A stretch of DNA of 64,000 nucleotides from assembly GCA_965230995.1 (NCBI GenBank), contig OZ246398.1:464213-528212 (forward strand), in the 5' to 3' direction. The first letter of the stretch is position 1, and each line of letters begins with the position of its first letter. The notes under the pieces are model-generated. The model saw nothing but the letters and a program-made list of their open reading frames with translations. It ran no database searches and was not told the DNA's origin. Positions 10,217 through 18,916 of the stretch are shown here, one piece after another. The DNA is from an uncultured Candidatus Saccharibacteria bacterium (lineage in GTDB: Bacteria > Patescibacteriota > Minisyncoccia > Phycocordibacterales > G965230995). The position numbers and the translations under genes are program-made.

Positions 10217-11044
10217 TTATAGATCTGCTCTTATGCACATAGAAAAATTTTGTGCATTTTCGCAAGATTTTCCAATATCTGTAATTCGGTATTTTTCTTT
10301 CAAGACTTCAAATTCTCCTACATCATCAATTAGACCATGATCATAAGCCAATTTATCAGAATATGCAGGTAGGACATATTTGTAGCTAAAACCAATCTGA
10401 GAATCTTTGTCAGCGATTCTGTTTACGTGTTTAACGAGGGTGTTTGTGCAGTTGTTCGTAATGGTGTTATAGAATTGTGGTTTGTTGTAGAGACTATTAG
10501 TTTTGTTCATCATATCCATAAACAAGTCTCTAGCCTTTGTCTTGCTTATTTTTATCGGGTACATGTAGACATTTCCATCCTCTCTATAATTTGTTCGAAG
10601 TTTTGTAACGTCTCTTTCGTCTGCAACAACATATATCATTTCAAACTGTCTAAACATGCCTTTGAATACATTATAAGATTCGCCTTTTTCTCTTCGTGCT
10701 TCGATTGAAATTGCAACACGTTTTCCATCTTCAAAACCAAAAACAACATAAGTGTGTGCAGTTGGTGGGTTAAATGGTGCGACAACAAAATCCACCGCAT
10801 AAAGTTTTGATAGATCGTATGTTTCGTCGTAATAACCGGGAGTAAAATCTAGAGTAGATTTATATGTAAAATTTCTTACATTGTATATCTTCATCATATC
10901 CCCGTTCATTTCAAAGTGAGCAAGCTTTTCATTGTCGACAACCCAATCACGGTTGTTGCTTGGTCTGACAATGAGAGCAAAGATGCACCATCCGATAAAT
11001 AAAATAATTATTATCCAAACTAAAACTTTTAGAAATTTTTTCAT
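10217..11044 (-). CDS. DUF4105 (Lnb N-terminal-like) protein
   Basis: PSNNRDW, NVRNF.Y, AHT...FGF, SIEARREKGE.Y, YNTITNNCT. Confidence 0.85.
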   Translation of the reverse strand: MKKFLKVLVWIIIILFIGWCIFALIVRPSNNRDWVVDNEKLAHFEMNGDMMKIYNVRNFTYKSTLDFTPGYYDETYDLSKLYAVDFVVAPFNPPTAHTYVVFGFEDGKRVAISIEARREKGESYNVFKGMFRQFEMIYVVADERDVTKLRTNYREDGNVYMYPIKISKTKARDLFMDMMNKTNSLYNKPQFYNTITNNCTNTLVKHVNRIADKDSQIGFSYKYVLPAYSDKLAYDHGLIDDVGEFEVLKEKYRITDIGKSCENAQNFSMCIRADL

Positions 11045-11063
11045 AAATACATTTTACATTAAT

Positions 11064-11570
11064 AGGGAGGGCGTGGCGAGGAGAGGGGTTGAGGGTCCGA
11101 ACCTTACGGGGTTAGTACCGTGATTGGATTTAGGAGGGATTGATTGAGGAATTCGGTCACAACTCTTCTGCTACGATAAATCTACGCAACGAAGGTCGCG
11201 ACCCCGCCTCGGCTACAGTTTCTCGTTCCTCGAAACTGGCTTCGCAGCCTCCGTCTTTCGAATCCCTCCCTATACGCTACATAAGTACAACAAAAAAACG
11301 CTATCGCGTTTGTTTTGTGTATTTTGTGAGGACTCGAACCTTACAGGTTCAGTGCATAAGTTAGGATTTTGATTGGGAGGGATTGATCCCGCAGTTACTA
11401 AGTAAAATAATTCGTTCGTAAACTCACTCTTATTTTACTAAGTACTGCTGGACGCGGCTCGACGTCGTACTCGCTCCGCTCCGTGCGACATGTCTCCGCC
11501 GGTTCGAATCCCACGCAAAAGCAAAACTGCTTTTGCTTCCCTACGCAAAAATGCACCAAAGGTGCATTTT
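11064..11570. repeat. Array of degenerate direct and inverted tRNA-Tyr 3'-end copies with palindromic modules
   Basis: GGAGGGATT copies near 11133 and 11376; inverted copies TTCGAATCCCTCCCTA at about 11257-11272 and GGTTCGAATCCC[hairpin]TCCCTACGCA at 11501-11547; modules shared with 225-309 and 18563-18595. Confidence 0.8.
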
Positions 11571-11574
11571 TTTG

Positions 11575-11656
11575 TGCGTAGGGAGGGATTCGAACCCCCG
11601 TAGACTATGTCGCCTGATTTACAGTCAGGTGCGATTGACCACTCCGCCACCTACGC
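11575..11656 (-). tRNA. tRNA-Tyr(GTA)
   Basis: GCGTAGGTGGCGGAGTGGTCAATCGC..CCTGA-CTGTAAA-TCAGG...GGTTCGAATCCCTCCCTACGCA. Confidence 0.95.
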
Positions 11657-11766
11657 ATTTATAGGAACGAGTATAACATACTTTAATATTTTTGGTAGGG
11701 CAAAAAAGTATGACAAAATGGCAATTTTTGATATCATAAATACCATATAAATTTAATCCATTTTTT

Positions 11767-12618
11767 ATGCAGAAACATGTTGCTGTAATTGGTTTTGGTT
11801 ACGTGGGAAAGGCTGTTGCGAATTTTCTTTCAAATAGATACATGGTTCATGTCTTTGACCCCTTTATTTCTGATGATTTGCCAGAACTAAAAAACCCAAA
11901 CATTAGGAGAGAGCAAACGAAAGAAGCCATAAACACAGTATGTGAATTTGCTGTCATTTCTGTGCCAACACCACAGGGTGGAGATGGTTCTGTTGATTTG
12001 TCTCATGTCGAAGAAGTGCTCGCTTGGTTATCTGTGCCTTTGATGATGATAAAAAGCACCGTACCACCTGGAACTGTTAAGAAACTTAAAGAAAAGACTG
12101 GCAAGAGAATTGTTTTTTCACCTGAATATATTGGTGAAGGAAATTATTTTATTCCATTTTGGAAAGGTTATCCTGACCCAAACGATATGCGAAAGCATGA
12201 ATTTATGATTGTTGGCGGAGAGAAAAAAGATACTTCAGATGCTCTTGAATATTTCAAATTAATTTATGGGGCAGATGTTAGATTTGTTCAAACAGACAGT
12301 ACAACTGCTGAACTGTGCAAATATATGGAAAACTCTTTTCTTGCAACAAAAGTTACTTTCTGTAATGAATTTTTTGAAATTGCCAGCTCGCTTGGAGTTG
12401 ATTATGACGAGCTCAGAGAAATGTGGCTACTCGATGGACGTATTGGCAGGTCACACACAGCGGTCTTTAAACACAAAAGAGGGTTCAGTGGAAAATGTTT
12501 ACCGAAAGATGTTAATGGAATAGTAAAGCGAGCAGAAGAATCTGGATACAACCCAAAACTTCTTAAATCAGTTCTAGATGTAAATAACGATTTTCTTAAA
12601 AAGAATCCACAGCAGTAA
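11767..12618 (+). CDS. UDP-glucose/GDP-mannose 6-dehydrogenase family protein (short form)
   Basis: GFGYVG, SVPTP, IKSTVPPG, FSPE, KYMENSFLATK, GFSGKCLPKD. Confidence 0.88.
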   Translation: MQKHVAVIGFGYVGKAVANFLSNRYMVHVFDPFISDDLPELKNPNIRREQTKEAINTVCEFAVISVPTPQGGDGSVDLSHVEEVLAWLSVPLMMIKSTVPPGTVKKLKEKTGKRIVFSPEYIGEGNYFIPFWKGYPDPNDMRKHEFMIVGGEKKDTSDALEYFKLIYGADVRFVQTDSTTAELCKYMENSFLATKVTFCNEFFEIASSLGVDYDELREMWLLDGRIGRSHTAVFKHKRGFSGKCLPKDVNGIVKRAEESGYNPKLLKSVLDVNNDFLKKNPQQ

Positions 12619-12620
12619 AA

Positions 12621-13769
12621 ATGATTGAAAAAAAGGATAGGCTAGGTTTGCGGGTATGGATAGAGATAAACAAAAAAGCTCTCCTTCATAATGTTTCTGT
12701 GCTTAAAAAAATAATTGGGAAAAATACCAATTTTTGTGCTGTGGTCAAATCAAATGCTTACGGGCATGGGTTGTCTACCATATCTCAAATATTAGAAAAT
12801 GAAAAAGACGTTAATATGCTTGCGGTTGATTCGATAACAGAAGCAACCAGATTACGTGATGCTGGTATTAAGAAACCTATTTTGGTTTTAGGCTATACTC
12901 TAAAAGAAAATATTTCGATTGCTATCGAAAGAGATATTACAATAACTGTGTCGCATTTTGACTCTCTGTCTGATGTTGTCTCAGTTACAAATGAAATAAA
13001 AAAACAGATAAAAATAAATTTAAAAATAGATACAGGAATGCATAGGCAGGGATTTTCTTTAGAAGATATTTCTCTTGTAATTTCTAAACTAAAAGAAAAC
13101 AAAAATAATATTATTTTATCTGGTGTCTATACCCATTTTGCTTCTGCAAAAAATCCACAGAATACATCTCTTACAGAAACACAACTCAAAAACTTTTCTG
13201 TGGCTAGAAATATTTTTATGAAAGAGGGGATAGAAACTTTTTATCATACAAGCGCTAGTGCTGGTTCGATAATTCACAAGGATTCTCATTTTGATATGGT
13301 GAGGATTGGTGCCGGTCTGTATGGAATGTATCCATCCGAAGAGATAGAAAAGACATTCTCAGATGAAATTGTTCTCGAGCCTGTGCTTTCTCTGAGGTCA
13401 ATCATAAGTGAAATCAAGACAATAAAAACTGGTGAAGGTGTGGGGTATGATCACAGTTTTGTTGCAAAGAGAGATACCAGAATTGCCATTGTTCCTGTTG
13501 GATATTGGCACGGTGTATCTAGGTCTCTTTCAAATATTGGTAACGTAATAGTATGCGGGAAAAAAGCTCCTATTGTTGGCAGAATTTCAATGGATATGAT
13601 GACGATCGATATTACAGATATTGAAGCCAATTTACTTGATGTTGTTACAATTATTGGGGAAGAAAAAGACTCTACAATAGATTTGAAATATTGTGCAAAA
13701 AAGGCTGGGACATCTGAATACGAATTTGTGACGAGGCTCAATCCTTTGATAAAGAAAATAGTTGTATAA
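12621..13769 (+). CDS. alr: Alanine racemase
   Basis: AVVKSNAYGHG, KIDTGMHRQG, THFA, VRIGAGLYG, GRISMD. Confidence 0.96.
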   Translation: MIEKKDRLGLRVWIEINKKALLHNVSVLKKIIGKNTNFCAVVKSNAYGHGLSTISQILENEKDVNMLAVDSITEATRLRDAGIKKPILVLGYTLKENISIAIERDITITVSHFDSLSDVVSVTNEIKKQIKINLKIDTGMHRQGFSLEDISLVISKLKENKNNIILSGVYTHFASAKNPQNTSLTETQLKNFSVARNIFMKEGIETFYHTSASAGSIIHKDSHFDMVRIGAGLYGMYPSEEIEKTFSDEIVLEPVLSLRSIISEIKTIKTGEGVGYDHSFVAKRDTRIAIVPVGYWHGVSRSLSNIGNVIVCGKKAPIVGRISMDMMTIDITDIEANLLDVVTIIGEEKDSTIDLKYCAKKAGTSEYEFVTRLNPLIKKIVV

Positions 13770-13869
13770 ATACAGTTCTCATTTTAAAAAAATGTGCTAG
13801 TATTACTCCGGTTGTTCTTTAATATGTATTGGCAATATTTGCCGATACGCTCCGCATAAGTCGGAGCCT

Positions 13870-13941
13870 GGGCCTATAGTTTCAATGGTAAAACGTCGGT
13901 CTCCAAAACCGTTGTTCTCCGTTCGAGTCGGAGTGGGCCCG
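13870..13941 (+). tRNA. tRNA-Trp(CCA)
   Basis: GGGCCTATAGTTTCAATGGTAAAAC..CGGT-CTCCAAA-ACCG..CTCCGTTCGAGTCGGAGTGGGCCCG. Confidence 0.93.
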
Positions 13942-14033
13942 CAAACAAAAAACCGCGTCCGCCAGCTGGCGGAGCGGTTTTTTGTTTGCTGGGCGGAGGT
14001 ATGTGCGTTTGCACATTACGTCTCCGACTCGAA
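13942..14033. repeat. Terminator containing a 16-bp palindrome, then an inverted, hairpin-interrupted copy of the tRNA-Trp 3' end
   Basis: TCCGCCAGCTGGCGGA at 13958-13973; GCTGGGC[...]CTCCGACTCGAA is the reverse complement of TTCGAGTCGGAG..GCCCGC. Confidence 0.75.
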
Positions 14034-14099
14034 AGGGGGAGTTTTTTGAGCTTTGTATTTGTATAGAATTTTATCTTTCATTGTGCTATCCTTTTGTAA

Positions 14100-14498
14100 A
14101 TGAAAAAAGTTTTAATCATCGGTCCAGAACCAAAGGGGGAAGTAGACATAAACAAATACAATTCACTTGTAAAAATATGTGTTGATTTCGATTGCGAGGT
14201 TATCTCTTCTCCAATAAATAGCATTCAAGGAGAAGCTTTTTCTGATTATTCTGATATTTTTAACGACATAGCAGATGCAGATATGATAATTGCAGATGTA
14301 TCAGAAGAATCAATTTTACTCGGTATGCAACTTAGAGAAGTTGATCATTTAAATAAACCATTAATTGTTATTGTAAAAGCAGGAAAAACTGCTTCGCATA
14401 TTCTGGATGGCATTCCAACTATTGCTGAAATACTTGAATATGAAGAAATAGAAGATATTACAGATGGAATTCAGCGAAACTTTACAGTAATAGAATAG
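14100..14498 (+). CDS. Nucleoside 2-deoxyribosyltransferase-like fold protein
   Basis: DIADADMIIADVSEESILLGMQL...LNKPLIV resembles the D..I..AD..IAEVS..S.G.G.E...A...KP pattern. Confidence 0.55.
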   Translation: MKKVLIIGPEPKGEVDINKYNSLVKICVDFDCEVISSPINSIQGEAFSDYSDIFNDIADADMIIADVSEESILLGMQLREVDHLNKPLIVIVKAGKTASHILDGIPTIAEILEYEEIEDITDGIQRNFTVIE

Positions 14499-15425
14499 TT
14501 ACTTCAAAAAACTTTTTACTAATCCTTTGATTTCTTTTGCATTATTTGGATTAAACCATTTGATGCTTTTGTTTCTTTTCCACCAAACTCTTTGTCTCTT
14601 TACATATTTCCAAGTGTCAGAAAAAAGATCGCTCTTTGCCTGATCCTCTGTTATCTCATTATTTGCAAGCATTGCCATATATTTTGCATCAAGGCCAAGT
14701 ATAAGCAACGCTTCCACTGGAATACCTCTCGCAATTATTTGTTTTGCTTCGTTTATCATCCCATCTTTAATTCTGCCTTCTATTCTTTTTTGAATTCTAG
14801 ATTTTAATTCTTCATCAGGTAGATCAAGCCCGATAAAAAGAGTGTCATATTTCATATCCTTGTAAGTCGGGGGCGGGGGATTTTTTCCTAATGAATTCGC
14901 AATTTCGATTGCTCTAATCAATCTAACTCTGTTATTTCTATCAATATTTTCTGCTCTTTTGTCATCGAGGCTGTTTAATTTTTGCCAAAGACTTTCAGTG
15001 CTCATTTTTTCAAGTTCACGTCTTTCGTTCATATTAGGAGGAACTTCCGGAAAATTATTTTTATATACAAGAGAGTCGATATAGAAACCAGTACCGCCAC
15101 AGATGATCGGTACTTTTTTTCTTGAAATTATTTCAGATACAATTTTTCTTGATTCAATTTTATACAATTCAACAGAATACGGCTCGCCAACAGATATAAC
15201 ATCTAGCATATGGTGGGGGATGCCCCCCATTTCTTCTTTTGTAACTTTTCCAGAAAGTAGATTTAATTCTTTATAAACCTGCCTTGAATCTGCGGATATA
15301 ATCTCTCCGTCAAATTCCTTTGCAAGAGAAATAGCCAAAGAAGTTTTGCCGGTCGATGTTGGCCCAAGCAGAACAATTACTTTCGGCTTTTTTCTTAAAA
15401 AAATATTTAAAAATTTTTCAAACAT
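14499..15425 (-). CDS. miaA: tRNA dimethylallyltransferase
   Basis: GPTSTGKT, ISADSRQVY, PHHMLD, GGTGFY, KRQRVW. Confidence 0.96.
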   Translation of the reverse strand: MFEKFLNIFLRKKPKVIVLLGPTSTGKTSLAISLAKEFDGEIISADSRQVYKELNLLSGKVTKEEMGGIPHHMLDVISVGEPYSVELYKIESRKIVSEIISRKKVPIICGGTGFYIDSLVYKNNFPEVPPNMNERRELEKMSTESLWQKLNSLDDKRAENIDRNNRVRLIRAIEIANSLGKNPPPPTYKDMKYDTLFIGLDLPDEELKSRIQKRIEGRIKDGMINEAKQIIARGIPVEALLILGLDAKYMAMLANNEITEDQAKSDLFSDTWKYVKRQRVWWKRNKSIKWFNPNNAKEIKGLVKSFLK

Positions 15426-15550
15426 ATTGAGAACCTAATATTGTTCTAAATATAGATTTTTGTCTACACAAAAACCGCTTAACGCGGTTTGTTGTTAGTG
15501 CTGTTATCATTATGCATTTTTTTAATGCCATCCTTAATATTTATTGATAT

Positions 15551-15826
15551 CTATTTCTTTAGGCTAATAAAGAATACTCCCGAAGTAATAATGTCCAATA
15601 TCTGCCAGGTACTTTTATCAAGATAGAAAGGCCAAATAGGATTAAACAGAACCGCTGTTACAACAAAGATCCAACCCCACTTTTGACTATTTGTGGTAAA
15701 AGAATTATAAGCAGAATAACATGCAATTATCATTATTGCCCACCTTAAAAATTCATAGTAACCGTAAGGTAAACTAAATACGCCAACCAGCAGAAGAATT
15801 GCGGCAATAATTTTAATGTCTTTCAT
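15551..15826 (-). CDS. Small membrane protein (DUF6804-like)
   Basis: LPYGYYEFLRW...LFNPIWPFYL.KSTWQILD. Confidence 0.75.
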   Translation of the reverse strand: MKDIKIIAAILLLVGVFSLPYGYYEFLRWAIMIIACYSAYNSFTTNSQKWGWIFVVTAVLFNPIWPFYLDKSTWQILDIITSGVFFISLKK

Positions 15827-15832
15827 AATTTA

Positions 15833-16900
15833 TTAATTATCAAATAAAGTGCCTAGGTCTAATATTCTTCCAATACTTTCTGCAGTACCTGTCTCAACAT
15901 AAGTTGGTATACCTAAAACACATCCAGAATCCTTTATCGCTACTCCACCCGAACTCCCGTGTTCAATTTTTGCAGACGTTTTTATATAACGAAACCCACC
16001 ATAGTATTCGAAACCAGAAACAATTCCATCAGTGACTGTGAGCGAAGAACCTCCAACACCAGGGTATCCTAATATTGAAATATGTTCGCCTATATTTGAA
16101 GAAGCGCAATAAGTATTGGAGGTTTTATTTTTTGCATATTTAGCTAAGTCAGCTAATGTACCAGAATTTTCTCCAGATGTAATCTTAGGAATTAAATAAA
16201 TAAAATCAGCTCCATATTTATATGTCTTATAATCAGAAACTTCATATAATAAGTAATTTTGTGGATTTTTGTAATCAGGATATAGAGCAAAAATACATAA
16301 AGGTGAAGAGTTGTCATCTGGTTGTGTAACATGTAGATTTGTTTCAACAAAATAAGTTGGAAGATTAGAAGTAGATGTTTTATATAAAACACCGGAGCCT
16401 GACTGTATCTCATCACCGCTATAGTCAGCTGAGCAAAATATTTTAACGATAGACGGAGATATTGAAGACAAAATATTATTTGTAGAATTATTATTAATAG
16501 TAACTATACTTGAATTTTTTATATTAGTTTCTAGTTTACTTATCTCTAGCTCTTTCTTTGCTAGTTCTATTTTTTGAAGACGCAATTCTTCTGTTGTAGA
16601 AGCAGTAATATTATTTAGTTTATTTTGGCTTTCCTGTAATTCTTTTATAGTATTTTGAGTTTTATTATATGACAAATATAAAAATAAAAATAAAAATAAA
16701 AATAAAAAGATAATCAGTACTGATGATCCTATAATGTTACGATTATTTTTGACCTTAGACTTACAAAGTTTTAGAAAGTTCGATAATATTAAAATAATAT
16801 TTATTGTTGATTCACGATTATCAAACTTTTTACCACATTCATCGCAAAAAATGCTGTTATTTTCTAATTCATTTCCACAATTGTCACAAAAAACTCTCAT
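15833..16900 (-). CDS. Zinc-ribbon + TM + coiled coil + trypsin-like serine protease
   Basis: CDNCG..FCDECG; TM; SGSGV, TNLHV, LGYPG, TDGIVSG, HGSSGG. Confidence 0.8.
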   Translation of the reverse strand: MRVFCDNCGNELENNSIFCDECGKKFDNRESTINIILILSNFLKLCKSKVKNNRNIIGSSVLIIFLFLFLFLFLYLSYNKTQNTIKELQESQNKLNNITASTTEELRLQKIELAKKELEISKLETNIKNSSIVTINNNSTNNILSSISPSIVKIFCSADYSGDEIQSGSGVLYKTSTSNLPTYFVETNLHVTQPDDNSSPLCIFALYPDYKNPQNYLLYEVSDYKTYKYGADFIYLIPKITSGENSGTLADLAKYAKNKTSNTYCASSNIGEHISILGYPGVGGSSLTVTDGIVSGFEYYGGFRYIKTSAKIEHGSSGGVAIKDSGCVLGIPTYVETGTAESIGRILDLGTLFDN

Positions 16901-16901
16901 T

Positions 16902-17957
16902 TTATATGCCTAAAAAGTTATCCACCAGAGAATAATAATCAAGCATTTTATTTGCTTCATTTTTTGATGAGCTATAGTCACGGTCAGACCAGCTGTCAAT
17001 TGATTCGCATAAATAATAACCAGCCCACTCCATGTCTATGGATGCGTTTTTATAAGAAGAAGGTAATCCTGTAAAGTTGTCTCTCAGATTTTTTGAATTA
17101 GTTTGAACTGCATAACAACCATTAATAACAGCACCCGCATAAACTGATGCCAGACTATAGTCACCTTTGTTATAAGCATTTAAGTAAGAAGTGTAGTCAT
17201 CTACTGATTTACTAAAGCTATTACGTATAGAAAGTAATTGATTTGAAAAAGATTTTAGAACCTCTTCTCCTCGTGCTTGGTCAGCTAATGTATTTGCACT
17301 ACTTATTGCCGCTTGAGCATTTGCTTCCGCTTTATCTTTTGCGGCTTGTGCTGAGGCAGCAGCTTGGCGACTTTTTTCTGCTAAGGCCTTACTTGCTGCA
17401 GAATCATTTTCTAAGGCTGTCATTAACCAGCCTCCAATCTCTGTTAATTTTGTTTGGACGTTATTATAATCTGGATAGGTTGAAGATATAGATTGTAAAT
17501 CTGTTTGTGCTGATTTTAAATCTTTAACAGTAGATGTGGAACTAATTTTTGCTACCGTATTATCAAAAAGAGTTTTGTAATCAGAAAATTTTTGATTATC
17601 TTCTTTTAATTTTGCGATCTCTTTTTTCTGGTTTTCAGTGCCATAATTTGAATCTAGAGTATTTAATATGCTCAATGAGCCAGTATAATCTTTATTTCTT
17701 TGAAGTTTCTCTGCGGTGTTAATTTTTGATGAGATTTTAATATAGGCGTTCGCATTATATCCACCATATAAAAGTCCAATAACTACTACAACACCAATAA
17801 TATAAGTCACTATTGGATTTTTCCAATTAAGTTTAAATTCTGTTATTGTATTTTTCTTTTCACTAGAACTAACAGATTCTGCTCCTAGAGAAACACCGCA
17901 AGAACGACAAAATTTGCTACCTTCACGATTTTCCTTTCCACATTCATCACAATGCAT
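16902..17957 (-). CDS. Zinc-ribbon membrane protein with Ala-rich helical extracytoplasmic region
   Basis: CDECG..FCRSCG, TM at about residues 50-67. Confidence 0.75.
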   Translation of the reverse strand: MHCDECGKENREGSKFCRSCGVSLGAESVSSSEKKNTITEFKLNWKNPIVTYIIGVVVVIGLLYGGYNANAYIKISSKINTAEKLQRNKDYTGSLSILNTLDSNYGTENQKKEIAKLKEDNQKFSDYKTLFDNTVAKISSTSTVKDLKSAQTDLQSISSTYPDYNNVQTKLTEIGGWLMTALENDSAASKALAEKSRQAAASAQAAKDKAEANAQAAISSANTLADQARGEEVLKSFSNQLLSIRNSFSKSVDDYTSYLNAYNKGDYSLASVYAGAVINGCYAVQTNSKNLRDNFTGLPSSYKNASIDMEWAGYYLCESIDSWSDRDYSSSKNEANKMLDYYSLVDNFLGI

Positions 17958-17970
17958 GTTATTTTAAAAA

Positions 17971-18192
17971 TTATCTAATAAAATATCCGACATCTTTATT
18001 ATAAATCTTGGCAAAAGTTTGAAGTTCGACTACGTCAACTCTTTGCTGTCCTGATTCAACATTTGAAATATGAGATTGCGGCCGTTTTAATTTTTTTGCG
18101 ACTTCAACCTGTGTCAAACCTGATTCAATTCTAGCTTTTCTTAAACGCTCCACGAAATAGGCATATTCCTTTGTTCTAATTGACTTTGTCAT
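17971..18192 (-). CDS. XRE-family HTH regulator
   Basis: MTKSI...LRKARIESGLTQVEVAKKL..PQSHISNVESGQQRVDVVEL. Confidence 0.88.
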   Translation of the reverse strand: MTKSIRTKEYAYFVERLRKARIESGLTQVEVAKKLKRPQSHISNVESGQQRVDVVELQTFAKIYNKDVGYFIR

Positions 18193-18544
18193 AATACTAA
18201 CATTGTCTATCCAAATAATCAATATCCAAATTTTAGATATTGTAATAAACTGTATTTAGTTCCTTCACACCCGCCCCCAACCCAAAACTGACGGAAACCA
18301 AAACAGCATTTCTCCCTAGGTCTCTCCGGCGGGCGAGAAAAGAAAGTTGTTCATGTTTTGCAAAAAACGAGCACCGAATCGGAATCGTCAGGACATTTTC
18401 AAATATTCGCCGAGGGTGATCCAGAGTCGGGTGGTAGGCTTCATTCTCCGCTTTCATTTTTGAAGGTGATTATCGCAAATGATATGATTAGAACACTAAA
18501 AACAAAAATCCCAGACACTTTCGTGTCTGAGATTAATGTTTTTG

Positions 18545-18677
18545 GTGCCGAAGGAGGGACTTGAACCTTACAGGTTCAGTACCCCGATTGGATTTTTCTG
18601 TTCGTTCCACTCCAGAAAAATGCACAATCGGGCTTCAGTCCCTCACGAAAGGTTCCCCGAACCTTTCTCTTCGTCAC
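18545..18677. repeat. tRNA-Leu(CAA)-associated repeat unit (direct copy, palindromes, inverted interrupted copy)
   Basis: 18545-18567 is identical to 18708-18730; GAACCTTACAGGTTC module; inverted TTCAGTCCCTC[ACGAAAGGTTCCCCGAACCTTTCT]CTTCGTCAC. Confidence 0.8.
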
Positions 18678-18708
18678 ACAAAAACCGCATAACGCGGTTT
18701 GTTGTTTG

Positions 18709-18790
18709 TGCCGAAGGAGGGACTTGAACCCTCATCCCTTGCGAGACACGATTTTGAGTCGTGCGCGTATACCAATTCCGCCACTTCGGC
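18709..18790 (-). tRNA. tRNA-Leu(CAA)
   Basis: GCCGAAGTGGCGGAATTGGTATACGC..CACGA-CTCAAAA-TCGTG...GGTTCAAGTCCCTCCTTCGGCA. Confidence 0.95.
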
Positions 18791-18916
18791 ATAGGTTACA
18801 GTGTACTAAAAATCTACTAAAAATCCAGTGCCGTTTTTGAACCCAACATTTTGTAGCTGTCTCACATTGTGATAATATATGCTAATAAAAGGAAATAATG
18901 CCTAATCAAATTTTGT

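Larger units (their letters stand above)
15466..18711. mobile_element. About 3.2-kb islet downstream of tRNA-Leu(CAA), bounded by 36-bp direct repeats; no integrase gene
   Basis: ACACAAAAACCGC(T/A)TAACGCGGTTTGTTGTT(A/T)GTGC at 15466-15501 and 18676-18711; cargo visibly more AT-rich. Confidence 0.7.

Noticed and set aside
11064-11570. Possible CRISPR array
   Set aside because: No constant-length repeat-spacer periodicity and no cas genes; the repeats are tRNA fragments and hairpins.
13870-13941. Alternative genetic code (UGA recoding as in Gracilibacteria/Absconditabacteria)
   Set aside because: Conserved genes such as dus, dprA and gnd end at TGA at the expected length, and long ORFs are intact under code 11.
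207-18677. Extra or intron-containing tRNA genes at the duplicated ends (207-360, 11130-11550, 18545-18677)
   Set aside because: Only T-arm/acceptor fragments are present; no matching 5' half or anticodon arm could be found.
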